The notes below the pieces were generated by a model. It worked only from the letters and a program-made list of their open reading frames with translations. It ran no database searches and was not told where the DNA came from. A program made the translations under genes and the position numbers. A stretch of DNA of 63,994 nucleotides, counting the filler, from Asterionella formosa (Eukaryota), in NCBI GenBank assembly GCA_002256025.1. It is 4 parts of 4 records of this genome, joined end to end, with 100 filler letters (N's around TTAATTAATTAA, not from the genome) between each part and the next. Parts side by side here need not be neighbours in the genome. Positions count along the whole stretch, not along the records: positions 48,245 to 63,994 come from NKIB01005277.1; 3 more parts are not named here. One strand, written 5' to 3'. The first letter of the stretch is position 1. Each line of letters starts with the position of its first letter. Below are positions 49,540 to 62,140 of this stretch, piece by piece.

Positions 49540-50060
49540 CCGGTTTTTCGACCGAAGCACGTCTGGGAGTTCACGGAAACTCCGAGGTACGAAAAGTCAT
49601 GTCCAAAAACTGTGTTTTGTTTAACAAAATCGACCTCGCATCACGTTTTCAAACCTACCGCAAAAGAACGTGAAGTTCGCAAAAGACCGCAAAAACCGTC
49701 GCATATCAGGATTTTCCCGTCTTTTGACGATGTTTTGCAAACTTCGCGTGCTTTTGCGGTCTTTTGCAGTCTTTTCGTTCAAACTCTCTTCGTGCGACAC
49801 TCCCAGGTATAGGTGAATCTTGCCCTGTATTGAAAGCGATATTCATATTGCCCATGAATGTTTAATGTCATGTAAGAGCTCAAACTCGCTCTGACGAAAT
49901 GACAGTCGCGCGTACTTTTCAAGAAGTAGTACAACTTCGAAGTAGAGCGCGCGACTAGAATTTCGGATGAAATTTCGAAAAGAACAGCGAGGTCTGTACA
50001 CGATACGCATACTAAAGGAATTTTCCAATGCGAGGAAGTACGGAAATTCCCGTAAGCTTT
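49540..50060. repeat. TE-like repeat with inverted CGCAAAA arrays; distal part repeated at 52340-52525
   Basis: ACCGCAAAAGAACGTGAAGTTCGCAAA versus TTTGCAAACTTCGCGTGCTTTTGCGGT form an inverted pair. AGAGCTCAAA...GAGGAAGTAC is shared with the second copy. Confidence 0.7.
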
Positions 50061-51869
50061 TGTGTGAACATCCACTTGTTTTACTAATTACTACCGGTAA
50101 TCAATCGAAGTGTTGGTGAAGGTAACGGGATATGGCATGATTGTCAAATCAAGATATAACTACTAGTTCAGTCCATTACTGATTGAATAAGAAAGTCCAG
50201 TGATCTCCAGCCACTGCAGATTTTTGGGATTTAATTGAAGTGTTGAAAGCAACAGCAGCAATGTTAACAAGAAATGGTTCATTTCACAATATCACTGCAG
50301 AGGGAACTTGAATGTGAACAAATTTTTCATTATTTCCTCCTAAAAAAGTGGATACATTCCAAGAGTATGGATCTAAATCAACTTGAAAGACTCCAGATTC
50401 CATTGCATCAGAGTGGGCAACAAACTGAATGGAAATCTCCACAGTTTGTGCAGGCAGTGCAAAGGATATTGGATAGCCTACTTCTGTGACATGGTAGGAG
50501 GATTTAGCAGAGATTTTGTGGACAAATGGACCAAATGTCCAATGAGACGAGACTGGCTTGCTGCTTAAATCTTCTAGATCATTCAAGACAGAATATTCCT
50601 TCAGCATAATAGCTGCTCCCGAAGGCAAACAAACGCCCCACTTGCCATAACAGCAACAAATCACTGAATTGTTCAAGCAAGCGGTAACATTATTGTTCAT
50701 GTTGGATGTCCTATCAACATCAAATCGTTGTTGATGGTCAAATAACAAGTAAAGCTGATGTGACATGTAAATATTGAAAGCAACAGCCAGAGCCACAAGC
50801 TCGTGATAGATGTCATGCCCATGCGCCAGGCCATTAAAACAATCAGTCCTCATGGGCATTTTCTTGCCTTTGTCACGCATATTCTGCGCCAAGGCACAGG
50901 TATTTGGAACTTGAGGATATAAGTCTGTAGAAAGAAATGGCGCCTTCAATTTCCAGAAAGGTTCAGATGCTGCAACAAAGTCCACAATCCATGGGTATGT
51001 TCACGTCTATGTAATAAATAGCAAATGCATTTTTCGCGTAAGCCGACCCTCATGTAGAAAGGTGGTAGTATGTTTGCTGCGTAATCTTTAACATGCGAAC
51101 AGAAAAGACACTAGTGGTGCCAGCGATTTGACGCAATTGCTTTCGCCCAGAGGCAGGACCTGGTACCACGTCCTAATGACTTGCATAATGGCTGTGTCAG
51201 AATTTGTCTGTTAGGGTCGTTCTTATCATTTTCGATTTGGTATCATATTTTTTGAAAAAGTATCATGTAACAGCTACTTGTTTTAAATCGAATTTTTTTG
51301 TATCACCAAAAAGTATCACGAAAATTCAACTGTTACGGGCTTGCTATAATCATGTGCATATCCCTCCAGGTTTCCCTCCAGACTATTTCCATAATTTTCC
51401 ACCACTAAAATCATGTAGGAAAACTACGAGTATTATGTACCAGTATAGAATATTTAGCTGATATACCTGCTAAATTCTTGATTTGTTATGAGTTGTCACA
51501 GACATGCAAGATTGTCTTTACACTTCTTCTTACACTTCCGCTTGTGATCGTCCCCTTTCAGGTTTACAAGCAAACAGCACTATGTAATCATTGTCAGTGC
51601 ACAACGACGAACAAGTGGATCAATATTGGACTGAAGGGGCGGTGAATATCAATGATGGCAATGATGATAATGGTTATCATGATGTCATCAGTAATCAATT
51701 TTTGGTAATGAAAACAACCATCCATTATTTTATAACAATGAACATCAACAATTCTTTATCCTTTGTCATCAAGCTTTGGAGGCTGAAACGATAGTTAAAA
51801 AGAGGAAGAAGGCAAAATGGGAGCATGAGAGAATGTCATGGCATTCTCATGTCAAGAAGCTGTGACACA

Positions 51870-52142
51870 AGGACGCTTTGGAAAAGACTTATAGAATGCC
51901 CCTTTGAGCCTTTAAGAAGTTGGTTTACTTGTTGGAGAGCGGGTTCATTGGGAATTTCTCAAAGCAAGTGCGGTACAGCTACTCCAATTTACCTAGAAAT
52001 TGTGCTGGCCATTGGCATTAGATGGTTGACTGGAGGCAGCTACATTGACATTTGTCATGCATATGGATGTAGCATCATAGCTTCAATCTATAGATGCCAA
52101 GAATTATTTGAAAAGTCAAGAAATACAAATTGTGCTATCTAA
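51870..52142 (+). mobile_element. PIF/Harbinger transposase N-terminal fragment
   Basis: FGKTYRMPL*AFKKL followed by IYLEIVLAIGIRWLTGGSYIDICHAYGCS, typical of the Harbinger HTH region. Confidence 0.75.
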
Positions 52143-53216
52143 AATTGACCTCGTTTCCCATTTTCCAAAAGGAACGCAAAAGAATGTGCAGTTTGCAATA
52201 GACCACTAAAACCCGGAGGCAAACACACAAAAACTGCAAAATAAGGGGAATTCGCTCAGTGTGATACTACCAGATATACAATTTCTTGCCGTGAATTGGA
52301 AGCAATGATCATGCTGCCCCTGGATGTTTGATACCATTCAAGAGCTCAAATTTGCTTTGCTGGAATGATGGTTGTGCATACTTTTCAAAAATTCTGCGAA
52401 CTTTGAAGACGAAAAGCGCAACTAGGATTTTGCATGATATTTGTAAATTAAATAGCGAGGTCTGTGCATGATACACATTAAGAATTTTTCACATTCCGAG
52501 GAAGTACAGAGTTTCCCATACCTTCCTGTTATTGGTAAAATTCAACGTAAGTAGTATTTTCCTGTAGACCACTAGTATTTTCCGACTTGGTACATGATGG
52601 TACCTTGATGGTATTGACAATATTTTACAATGATAAAATTAGGTACTGCTGAAACCCAAGAATTTCAACCCGGTTGCGCTGGGGTTGAATTTTTTCTTTT
52701 CTTTTGTTGAAACTTCAACTCAGATAAGGCTATTTCTTAGCATAACACAAATACAGACACATACCTGCTTTTTGTGTGTCTATGCATCTAATTTCATTGT
52801 GTGCATCATCTTAATCAATACAATACACAGCACAAATGGCCAAATTTCTTGTGTTGCCACACCAAAAATATTGGAGGACACAGAACTCTGCATGTTCTCC
52901 AATGTTTTTGGTGTGGCCTCATAAGAATCAAATGGAATATTCGATTTTAGTTTTAGAATAACATGACTAGTATGAAAAAAATACTCCCCATCAGATCAGA
53001 TTACACTGTGAAATTTGTTTGGTATCAGGCACAAAACTTTGCTGTCACACAGGACACAGAGGGTGTAATTCAACATAACATTCAACAAAAATGGCTGACA
53101 ACCACGCTCAGGACAACATTGATGGCGGTTTCATTTGTCTGTACGGTAAAATGAGACCTGCCTCCTCGTCTGAAATACCCCCCGGAAACCTAGGGACTAC
53201 ATAAAAGAACAAAAGG

Positions 53217-53279
53217 TGGAGAATGCATGAATCGAACCCGCCACCTCATGAGGTGTGCCAACCATTAAGCCATTTCCCT
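53217..53279 (-). pseudogene. tRNA-Ala-derived degenerate element
   Basis: Reverse strand GGGAAATGGCTTAATGGTTGGCACACCTCATGAGGTGGCGGGTTCGATTCATGCATTCTCCA, followed by CCTTTT. Confidence 0.6.
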
Positions 53280-54848
53280 GTAAAGAAATAAACGTCTAAA
53301 TTTTATAGTAGAAAACTTTTCAAACACAATTTTGTCAAAGCACCCCAGAAGTAGAAACTAAGGTAGTGCTATCTCAGCAATCCTTCTAGCACTGATAAGG
53401 AACTTCTCTCACCATCAAGGGCAACGTATATTAACAGCCGTACAATCAAAACAGACCACTATTACTACCAAATCATAACTCTGTCTTCAATGAGTTACAA
53501 ACTGCTGAAAGAATCACAAGAATAAACCAGAAAAGAATAGAGCTAGACAAAAGCGACTGGAATAAAAATGCATTATTCAACTGACAAGACAATTTTTCGA
53601 AGTCCTAGCATCGGAATCGAACAGGTCCGCACCAAAGATAGGCGCTACCCAGTATTAAAAGTGTATGAAATGATCTACAAAGATACAAAGAATCAAAAAA
53701 ACAACCAGAAACTCAAGCATCTTGACGAAAATGACTGGAATCAAAAAAGATGCATTATTGAATGGAATAGATCATTTGTAGATACTATGGCATCAGATTC
53801 AGGTATGCACCGGCGTTTTGAGCTAAAAAATAAGAACAGCGCATGAAATGAGCTTCCAAAGACGAAAGAGTCACCAGAAAGAAACAGAAATTCATGCAGC
53901 TTGACGAAATTTAGTGCACATGCTCAAAACAAGATTGAATAAGAAAATAAGATTCATTGACTGGTCACAATACCTTGTTGAGGCTTATCAGATCAACCGG
54001 GAGAACACAGACCAAACATCAAGCAAAGTATCCTTGATTGCACAAGATGCCACCTGCAATCATAAAAATTACTCAACATTACAATGAAGAAGGAATGGGA
54101 AGAAGTGACTTATGATCAAACATCTTAATGCAGGATTAGCTAGCTTGCTCCGTATGGAGGCTGATTGAGATGAAGTAGTCACATCTCTTCAATGGTACAC
54201 TGAGAGACCATCCCGCATTTAATCTTCTCTGTTCCCAGGGGATTTCTTCAGTGCCATGTTCACAGGCCTATATATGTACGCAGGTGCCATCATGGTGAGT
54301 TATTATATACATTTTGTATGTGTTTTTTATTCTTCTTGGCTATAGTCTAATGAGTCAAATGCTGCATTCCCATGTCAAGAAAATTGCTATCAAGATTGAC
54401 ATTACAGATCAATCAAGAAAAGGCTTAAATTTATGAAATGGGAACAGAAAAACAGTTTCTCAATTTTTGATAATGGGATTGAAACTAGGTATATTTTTAG
54501 CTTATAATTGAGAAACAATTAGAATTGATAAAGTAAATTCGATAGTGAAAACTAGCTAAATGGCAGCAAAGGATGAGACTACAGTACTAGTAGAACAGCA
54601 GGTAAGATCTAAGAAAGAAGTCGATACCTTCCATCAGCCAGTGGCAACGATTATGTGACCTTTATACACTGCCATACATACCAGGATCATTGATGCATCC
54701 TCAAAATTATTTCAAAGATGTGATTGTTGATGATCAGTCAGCCACCAGATGGAGGAAGATATCTTGGGAACATAAATGTGGAGAAGGTCGCAACGGCCGA
54801 ATCCCACCACACATTTGCTTTGGGGCATTCACAAAAGTCATACATTGA

Positions 54849-55727
54849 GGTTGTGGCCCCGCAGTTACACATTGCGAGTTCCTTATACCCAAATAATTTT
54901 ATGATGTACCTCAATCCACACATTATGTACAAGTAAATAAAATAATTAAAGGTGAAATTAGCTCTCACCAATACAACCACTTAACATATGCTTAGATACA
55001 ATCGCTGCTCGACTTCGGGGTATGTTCTATCTTCGGATAAGGAAAGACCTCATTTCTGAAGAGAAGCTGCAGTTATGTATTAAAGACTCATTACAAAGGG
55101 GCTACAAAGCTTAGAAAAAATCTACGATACATAACTGCAGTTTCTCTCCAGAAGTTAACTGAAATTATGGGATACATGGCTATCTATTTTAATCTTCATG
55201 AAACCCCGCAGATGTGCGTAGAGCAATCCTCCTCCAAAAAGTCGCCCTGATCAGCTTTTTCAGCAATCAACAAAATATTGGAATCGGAATTTGTACGTGC
55301 AAAAACGTTCTCGTAGACTTAGAATCTTGTGCAGGTGAGTTTTGCTGCATATTACTGTCCGAAAAGACTTCAGGATAAGTTGCCGCATTACTACACATAT
55401 TCTGATTGGTTGAAATGAATTTATTCACCTGCTCCAGATTGGCTTAAGTAGCAAACCATGAGTATACATGATGTTGGCATACTCCTGATTTCAAAATTAT
55501 GTCCACACTCGCTCAGTAATGTAGATATAAAATAAACATTTAATTATCATTTTTGTTTGTTTAAAATGGAACTCTAATAATTTGGGACTTATTCCTATTT
55601 AAGTCAAATATTCAAATTGACACTCGAATCCTGGGAATTCATAGAAGCAAATCCTTGTTTCATGCCGTTTTTCCAACCCTAGCGAGCGAATTTTACTCCA
55701 AACTAGGGTTAAGGCGGGGCCGCAACC
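54849..55727 (-). mobile_element. Non-autonomous Kolobok-like element, second subfamily
   Basis: TTGA|GGTTGTGGCCCCGC ... GCGGGGCCGCAACC|TTTA; internal hairpin at 55054-55155. Confidence 0.75.
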
Positions 55728-55831
55728 TTTAAGAAGTGCTGTGCAGGACAACGCGCAACAAACATTTAAATTCAAATTGGAATTCCTGGCTGGTGCCAGT
55801 ACCTACTGCAAGTTGTGGTCATTTTGCTTAA

Positions 55832-58800
55832 TGTTCCTGCATTTGAACCCCTAGGCAAGAATAAAAATATTTCTTAGTTATGCCGAAATTCCTTAGAACT
55901 AAGAATTTGTATGAGTAAATTTTGAATGACGTGATTCCATTTGAAATATTTAAATCACTGGAAATTTGCGCATACATACATAGATTCCTTTTAGAATTCA
56001 ATAAATATATACATAAACATTCTCCATCGCTCAATGTTTATGTACCATATCATACAATCAACATATATGGGCAGCACGGCAAATATTGTTGATGACTACC
56101 AGTAAAAAACAAAACAAAACAAATCAACCATGAGCGAAATTACACATCAAAATGATGACGACGGTCATGACGAATTTAACTACAGTCATGATAGTTGTAC
56201 TACCTGCCAAGACCGGTTGATTCTATAGTCGTATGTGCTGCGATTTTTGCTGCCCTGAATTTCAGTTACAATGGGATGAAGTCGAAGAGTTGGTGGAGAA
56301 GTTTCTGGAAGGTGTATCCATTCTTACCAGGTTGAAGGATGAAGACATTACGGCATCAAGAGCCCGCAATCTTCTGTACAAGTTCCTAATCCGAGTTTTC
56401 TGTTTTCTGTGGTCCATTGGGAAAAGGTGTTCAGATGCAACTTCCTGACTGTTGTTTGAAGGGGATTCGATCTCTTTTGAAAAACGAGGATTCAAACGAA
56501 GTGTACACTGGTTTCAAACCAACTTCCAAACGTTCTAAATGTTCTAAATCTATTAGTGATTAGTGTTTGTACGATTTTCATTTATTTCATTTGTAAATCA
56601 AGGACTTCAATCCACCTATGTACGATGTTTCAAAACCTTCTAGAAGTGAGGTGGCATGAATGACAAATATATTTTTATTTTTACACAATCAAGCAAATCA
56701 ACCAGCCATAAAAAAAGCAACACCAGCTATTATAAGACAAAATCATGCCACATTCCAGTGGTAGCAGTATAATTTCCGAAATTGATGTTGGTGGTCAAGG
56801 AGGACGAAATATAGCGGCTGATGAAAATCAAAATTGGTGGACGTCTAAGATGCCTTTTTGTCCCCCTACAACAACCACTTCACCAATTGAACCAGCAATC
56901 ACATCGTCACCAATTAAAATAGAGTCTTAACTGAACATGAATCATATAATCGACTATAATACACGGTCGAAATTTCTGCAGGAAGATACGTATTGCAAAA
57001 GTTGTGTTAATAAATTTGTAAAAGAATATTGCAAACAATCACTTCGTGACTTTGTAATGTACTTTACATCAATTAGACAACAAAAACTGTCCATTGAACA
57101 GCAATGTGAATCATTTCCGGAGCAGGATGTGTTTGACTTTCCGATTTCAACAATGAAACAACTGTTGATTGTTGTCTCTACCAAAAATTACGGCTTGGCA
57201 CGTGAGTTCAAAGTCTCCTGTTTGACCTGTCAGAAACTGATTTCTAAACTCAAATCTGCAAGAAGCAACAGCGATGGAGACAGAAATGATGAGATACGAA
57301 ATAACTCAATAGAAGCAAAACACTTTACTTTAAACAAACAGTTTATTTTTGGTTGTCACGAAGTCGGAATGGGACCGGCAGATGCAGATATCATCTGCTC
57401 CGTAATGAATCTTCCACTTACCTTTGGATTTTGGTCTAGTATGCAAGGTAACTTTGGTGCAGTAGAGCAGCAACGGGTAGGAAACGCTGAAGTTACTGAA
57501 ACCGCTCTTGCAATGAAAGAGGCGTGTCAGGAGGGAAAATATCTGACACTCAATGTGCATGAACTAGGAGACTCCTCTTGAAAGGAATACCGGAAATTGC
57601 AAGAATCCACATAACTATATACGGTATGTACACCAAGTAGGATACCAGGTCCTAGAAGGCAATGCTAGCATAGTACTCCAGGTACGTTCGTACCAGGTAC
57701 CATACCAAACTACCGGTAGGTTCCTGTGTCTAGGACTGAGGATGCATGCATGGACAAAGGACGTGATTTTCAGTGGTGGAACAGTCTGACTGGTACGGAT
57801 TGCTTGTCTGTACTGAATATGCCTCAACTCACTGTTAGTTACGATTTGGGCTGGCAGCAGCGGTCCAGCGGGAATAAGTTCAACTCTGTGAGTGGACATG
57901 CTTTTTGTATTGGCAGCTACACGAAAAAGATACTAGACTACAGAGTGAAATCTAAGGTCTGTAATGTGTGCGACAGGGCTATATGGTACAAGAAACCAAT
58001 CAAGGAACATGTTTCTCCCAAGAATCTTGTAACTGGTTGTTCGAAAGCAATGGAACCAGATGCTGGTGTGGAAATGATGATTGATGCAGTAATGAAAAAC
58101 AATGTTATGTACTCTACAATCATCTGTGATTATGATTCTACTTTCGAGCTGTTTCTAAGTGGTCCTATAGGGGGGAGTTATTGAAACTACAGCCATCCTC
58201 CCAATGGCCAAGAACATTGAAAGGATTAAAAAAATCGGACAAAGGATGCCTTCCACTGACTGTACCTGAACCTAATTTTCTGTGTGACCCATCCCACAGA
58301 GTACAGGTCTTTCTCCGCCCAGCTTTTATGAAATCCAATGGCCCGGTCTCCCTCGAGCGTCCCTCAAAAGCAGATTGTCTCCGGTTGAAAGTTTACTATG
58401 GCGCTTGGATTAAAAACCGGAACCTCTCTCTGGCTGAATTTAGTAATTCCTCCAAGGCACCAATCAACCATTTATTTGGCTGCCACGATTACTGCTCTGA
58501 GACATGTTGCCTGTAAAAGCAGGAAAAATGGTTAATAACGGAAAATATCATGACAAGGAAAAGGAAAAAGATTTATACGAATGGTTAATGCTGCATGTTG
58601 TAACGAAAGTCGAAGGCGAAAAGCTACTATCATTGCATCATCCCTTTGACACATAGGCAGATTAACGAGGCAATGAACAATGCAGTGTCGCGACGATGTC
58701 CAAAAAACAAGGTGTTTGCGGGATCTGGAGGCCTTCAGTATCGAGTGGCTTTGGTTTTTGGGCAACACACACAAGGAGCAACACAATACACAAAAAATGT

Positions 58801-59905
58801 ATACAAGTAATGTGAAATGCAGATGTCAACACTGCAAGAATCCTTCTGGAGACAAAAAGAAAAGCGACAAAGTGACAATGGATCCTATAAAGCACAATTC
58901 AAACGAAAGAGGAAACGAAGCGAAAAAATACATGCAGCAAGATTTGAAACAGTCAAACAGGAAATGCAAGAGAAAAAATCAGGTAAGACTTACGGTTCTG
59001 GTGTTGCGCTCAGAAGGGAACATCAGGAAACAAGAAGGAAAGGAACAAATGTCTGCAATCATTGTGGCCGCAATGATCATCAAAGGAAAAGCAGCGCACT
59101 CTGTCCATTCAATGTACCAGTAGGCAAAGCGCCTGATTATACTGGTATGCGTATGATCAATGATAGCTGATCAGCTAGCTACTGTGGATATTGTACCGGC
59201 CAACACCCGAGAAAATGTTATATGTGCATCCAGTGTGGCCAGCTTGGTTTTGCAAGACTGCACAAACCAGGCCAATCAATTGTCAGTAAGTAATTGAACT
59301 TGATCAATCAAAATATTTATATTGAAGCATGCACTTACAATGGAATTTTTTGTACAGGCGATTGTAAGACGAAAAATTGAATCACAAGACTCCTATACCG
59401 ATGATGACGTTGCGGCGATTAGTGATTCTGATTTCGACATTTTGGTGACTGTTGAAAAGGCCAACATTGTCGAAATTTTGAACGATGATAGCTCAACGTT
59501 GGCAGGGTTTGACGAAGAGTTAAGTATATAGGTAATCTTCATATAGCCACAGAACTTTACTTTTTGGCGAGAACGTGCAGAAAGGAACTTCGGTTTTTTT
59601 ACTAGGCCAAATAAACAAGTTGGCCTGGTAAAATCCATTGTTTTCAGCATAGTTAAAAAACCGAAGTTACATTCTGCAGTTTCTTGCCAGATCCTATATC
59701 CTGACGATATATTGCGTTGACCTATACCCCTACTTTGATAAATGACTGTATGTAAGCATAGCATATGGAAAGGGTGTGTATTTGTGAAAGCTCCATTTAG
59801 TGATACTCATTTATGTTTTTTTCTTAAGAAGTGTGTGTTTGACTACTCTGACTCAATATTATATTTTTAACCCTACCTCGAGCTAGGGGTTCAAATGCAG
59901 GAACC
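55832..59905 (+). mobile_element. Degenerate autonomous Kolobok-type DNA transposon (DDE transposase remnants 56937-59170)
   Basis: TTAA|TGTTCCTGCATTTGAACCCCTAG ... CTAGGGGTTCAAATGCAGGAACC|ATAA. Transposase motifs VSYDLGWQQRSSG..FNSVSGH, KSKVCNVC, GCSKAMEP, IICDYDS, DPSHR, HLFGCHDYC and NEAMNN, with a C-terminal CNHCGRNDHQRKSSALC knuckle. Confidence 0.85.
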
Positions 59906-59909
59906 ATAA

Positions 59910-60254
59910 GGTTGCGGCACCGCAGTTACGAATTGCGAGGTCCCTTTTTTCCCAAAATATTTTTATGATGTACTTCAATCCACACATCATGTAGTACAAG
60001 TAAATACAATAGTTAAAGGTAAAATTAGCTTTCACCAGTACGACCACTTTGCATATGCTTAGATACTGTCATTGCTCGACTTAGGGGTATGATCTATATA
60101 CAGATATGCTAAGGACCTTCTTTCCAGCAGTTTCTCTCCAGAAGTTAACTCTTTTTTTTTTTATTCACTTGTGCATCATGTGTGGATTAAGGTACATCAT
60201 ATAATTATTTTGGGAAAAAAGGACCTCGCAAAGTGTAACTGCGGGGCCTCAACC
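59910..60254. mobile_element. Short foldback derivative of the 54849 subfamily
   Basis: ATAA|GGTTGCGGCACCGCAGTTAC ... GTAACTGCGGGGCCTCAACC|TTAA, with ~80 bp inverted arms. Confidence 0.8.
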
Positions 60255-60271
60255 TTAAACAATAATTTTAA

Positions 60272-61655
60272 GGTTGCTGCATTTGAAACCCTAGTAGGCA
60301 AAAATTAAAATATTGCATAGGGTTGCCAAAATTCCCTGGAATTAAGAATTTTATTAGCTATTTTTGAATGACGTGATTCCATTTGAAATAATTAAATCAG
60401 TGGAAATTTGCGTGTACGTTCATAGATTCCTTTTCGAATTCGCTATATATATAGATAAACAATATCATCACTGAATGTATATATACCCTATAATACAATC
60501 AACATATGTGTATAAGAGAATCAAGCTCGCAGCATGGCAAATATCGTTGATGACTTTACTGGTAGTAAGAAACAAAATAACGCAACAATCAACCATGAGC
60601 GAAGTTACACATCATCATGACAACAAGGGGGATGACCCATTCAACTACAGTCATGATAGCTACCTGTCCAACATGTCAAGACCGGTTGATTGTAGAGTCG
60701 GATGTGGAGGGATGTGAGAGTCGCATACACAAGACTCCTATTTCGAAGATGACGTTTTGGCTCATAGTAATTCTGATTCCGATATTTTGACAATCGTAGA
60801 AAAGGCCGATTTTTTGGACAACGATAGCTCAACTTTGGCTGGGTCTGAAGGCGATTTAGATACATAGGTAAACTTTGAAATAGCATCAGTATATAACTTC
60901 TGGCAAGAAACTGCAGAAAGGAACTTCGGTATTTTTACTAGGCCAAATAAACGAGTTGGCCTGGTAAAATCCATTGTTTTCAGCATCGTTAAAAAACCGA
61001 AGTTCCTTTCTGCAGTTTCTCGCCAGATCCTATATCTTGACGATATTTAGAGTGGACCTACACCCCTGTTGAAATGGTCCGTACTCCTTCCCGCGGGCTG
61101 GGTCTCTCTTCACGTAGACTCTTACGTGATCGTAGTACTACCTAGTACCACTTACTTTCTCTCTTGTCTCTGCTTCTAGCCTTCCTGCTAGATAGACTAA
61201 TTGACCTTCCTGTCAATTAACACACTGTTTCCTCGGTCGATAATCTAAAACTCAAATTAAATTATAAGCTAAACTAAATGTTTCCTTTCCATGCATCTTT
61301 GCTTCCTGCAAAGTCGTTCTAAGGCTCTCTTCGAGTTTCCACTTAACATTTCCATAGAAATCTTCAATCTTTGATCTCGTTAGACAGCTGATTGACATGG
61401 CAATGCATTATTCGACTCGTTCGATTACAATCGAGTCCACAATCCTTGTGACTCCGGCTAATATTCTTGACACACCCCCTAGCGGTACTTTGTATGAAGA
61501 CTGTATGTAAGCACATGGAAAGGATGTGTATTGGTGAAAGCTCCGTTGAGCGTTATACATTTTTAATTTATGTGTGAAAAGTATGTGTTGGATTAGTCTG
61601 ACTCAATACTATTTTTTCAACCCTACCTCGAGCTAGGGGTTCAAATGCAGCAACC
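60272..61655 (+). mobile_element. Internally deleted Kolobok element containing a solo LTR
   Basis: TTAA|GGTTGCTGCATTTGAA ... TTCAAATGCAGCAACC|TTTA. Confidence 0.85.
61067..61472 (-). mobile_element. Solo copia LTR (406 bp)
   Basis: TG...CA ends, CACCCC on both sides, and similarity to the 45909-46282/42204 LTR (GTACTCCTTCCCG, CTAGCCTTC.TGCTAG, GAGTCCACA.TCCTTGTGACTC, ATTCTTGACA). Confidence 0.85.
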
Positions 61656-62028
61656 TTTATCTGGTATAAAACCATCTAAAGCTTTAGTTTCAGCAAAATT
61701 ACCGCAACTTCCTCTATGTACCCAGCATTGCAAATTAGGTCCCGGATGGTTTTTTACCACCAGACGCCAAAATTGAACAGCATTTAAATCTATGATATAT
61801 TCCTGCCTCATTTTTTACACGACTTCACGAAAGTCCGTTGTGAATTAATTCGTGTGTAGGCTCGGCCAGAGGAATGTTCGCGCCTTCCAGTGCCGTTCAT
61901 ATAAACTGATAAATTTGTATGTGTATGATGAGCGCATCAACAGAAAGTTGTTACATTAAACATTCGAGTTGTATGTAGAACAATTAGGACCTTGCTTTTG
62001 GTACCTGGAGTACCAGGTGTAAGGTACT

Positions 62029-62118
62029 GCATGTCGCGGTCATTTTGCTTAAACTAACATTTTGATCCGTTATAAAGAAAGCTAAATCTTTAGTTTCAGC
62101 AAAATTACCGCAACTTGC
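62029..62118. mobile_element. Intact ~90 bp MITE (GCAAGTTGCGG family)
   Basis: GCATGTCGCGGTCATTTTGC ... GCAAAATTACCGCAACTTGC. Confidence 0.8.
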
Positions 62119-62140
62119 TGGTACCTACGACCGTGTCTGG

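Noticed and set aside
50284..50985. 233 aa ORF with a faint HNH-like look
   Set aside because: Non-ATG start, TE-rich context and no convincing motif.
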